Of a stretch of 16,263 nucleotides of DNA, positions 15,888 through 16,263 are shown piece by piece. Each line of letters begins with the position of its first letter. Position 1 is the first letter of the stretch. Location of the stretch: the NCBI GenBank assembly GCA_041489255.1, contig JBGPQV010000034.1:1-16263 (forward strand). The letters are read 5' to 3'. The notes below the pieces were generated by a model that saw only the letters and a program-made list of their open reading frames with translations, was not told the origin of the DNA and made no database searches. Source of the DNA: Thermoplasmata archaeon (GTDB lineage Archaea; Thermoplasmatota; Thermoplasmata; RBG-16-68-12; JAFNFQ01). The position numbers and the translations under genes are program-made.

Positions 15888-16263
15888 ATGGGGGGGAAAG
15901 CCCGGCCGACAGCACAAGAACGGATCGACACGCGCAGCAAGGTAGACGACCCTGGATCCACGAAACCTCCTATCTCGCAGTCGTGGATGGAGCGTCGAAA
16001 CGCCTTAGGACCCTGGAGGGCCTTCGGGTTGCGCCACGTCGGCATGCTGATATTCGCCCTTGCGTTTGCGGCACTGGGTGCGGTGACTCTCGCCGCGGGG
16101 CTCACAGGGGTCGCCCTCGGCGTGGATTGGATTCCGGTTCCCGCGGCCGCGTTCGTGTCGGGCTTGTGGGGACTGTGGAATGCTGACGCCCCCAAGAGAA
16201 TGAGAATTCTCGAGAAGGCGCGCTCGAAGGGGTCGTGGGAAGCCCAGACGAGATTCCTGCACA
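15888..16263 (+). CDS. Partial hypothetical membrane protein (runs off the window)
   Basis: Frame open from ATG 15888 (alternative 15987) to the edge, with hydrophobic VGMLIFALAFAALGAVTLAAGLTGVALGVDWIPVPAAAFVSGLWGLW. Absent from the ORF track. Confidence 0.55.
   Translation, partial: MGGKARPTAQERIDTRSKVDDPGSTKPPISQSWMERRNALGPWRAFGLRHVGMLIFALAFAALGAVTLAAGLTGVALGVDWIPVPAAAFVSGLWGLWNADAPKRMRILEKARSKGSWEAQTRFLH

Noticed and set aside
16078-16092. Partial reverse match to the GAGTCACCGC motif (also near 10031)
   Set aside because: Shorter, inside coding sequence and on the opposite strand; consistent with chance.
139-16262. Numerous overlapping Arg/Gly/Pro-rich ORFs (e.g. 811-1596, 5016-6044, 7040-8065, 9925-10746, 14786-15667)
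   Set aside because: Shadow frames of real genes in high-GC DNA, with no recognisable motifs.

Overview
GC-rich archaeal DNA, most consistent with Thermoplasmatota (TATA/BRE promoters, leaderless and GGAGG-led genes, PKD-decorated surface proteins). The left half encodes a partial nuclease-fold+wHTH protein with a palindromic operator and three cell-surface proteins: a PKD/DUF4082-like protein, a 4x beta-repeat protein and a family-5 solute-binding protein with 4 PKD domains. The right half is a heavily eroded accessory/defence-like island. It holds DUF488, a class II Fic protein, ASCH, two DUF5678/retropepsin-like pairs, and remnants of a second DUF488, its partner gene, a NYN gene and an ASCH-upstream gene, joined at short microhomologies. 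Two unexplained non-coding structures stand out. (1) A duplicated ~175-bp element looks like a self-contained small-RNA gene (TATA box, ~75-nt hairpin, T-run). (2) A ~0.7-kb, 21-bp-period array of palindromic GGGAC-N7-GTCCC units lies directly downstream of a wHTH gene, a triple palindromic operator and a small helical protein; a decayed paralog of that protein is also in the window. Family names come from motif recognition by eye, not database searches.
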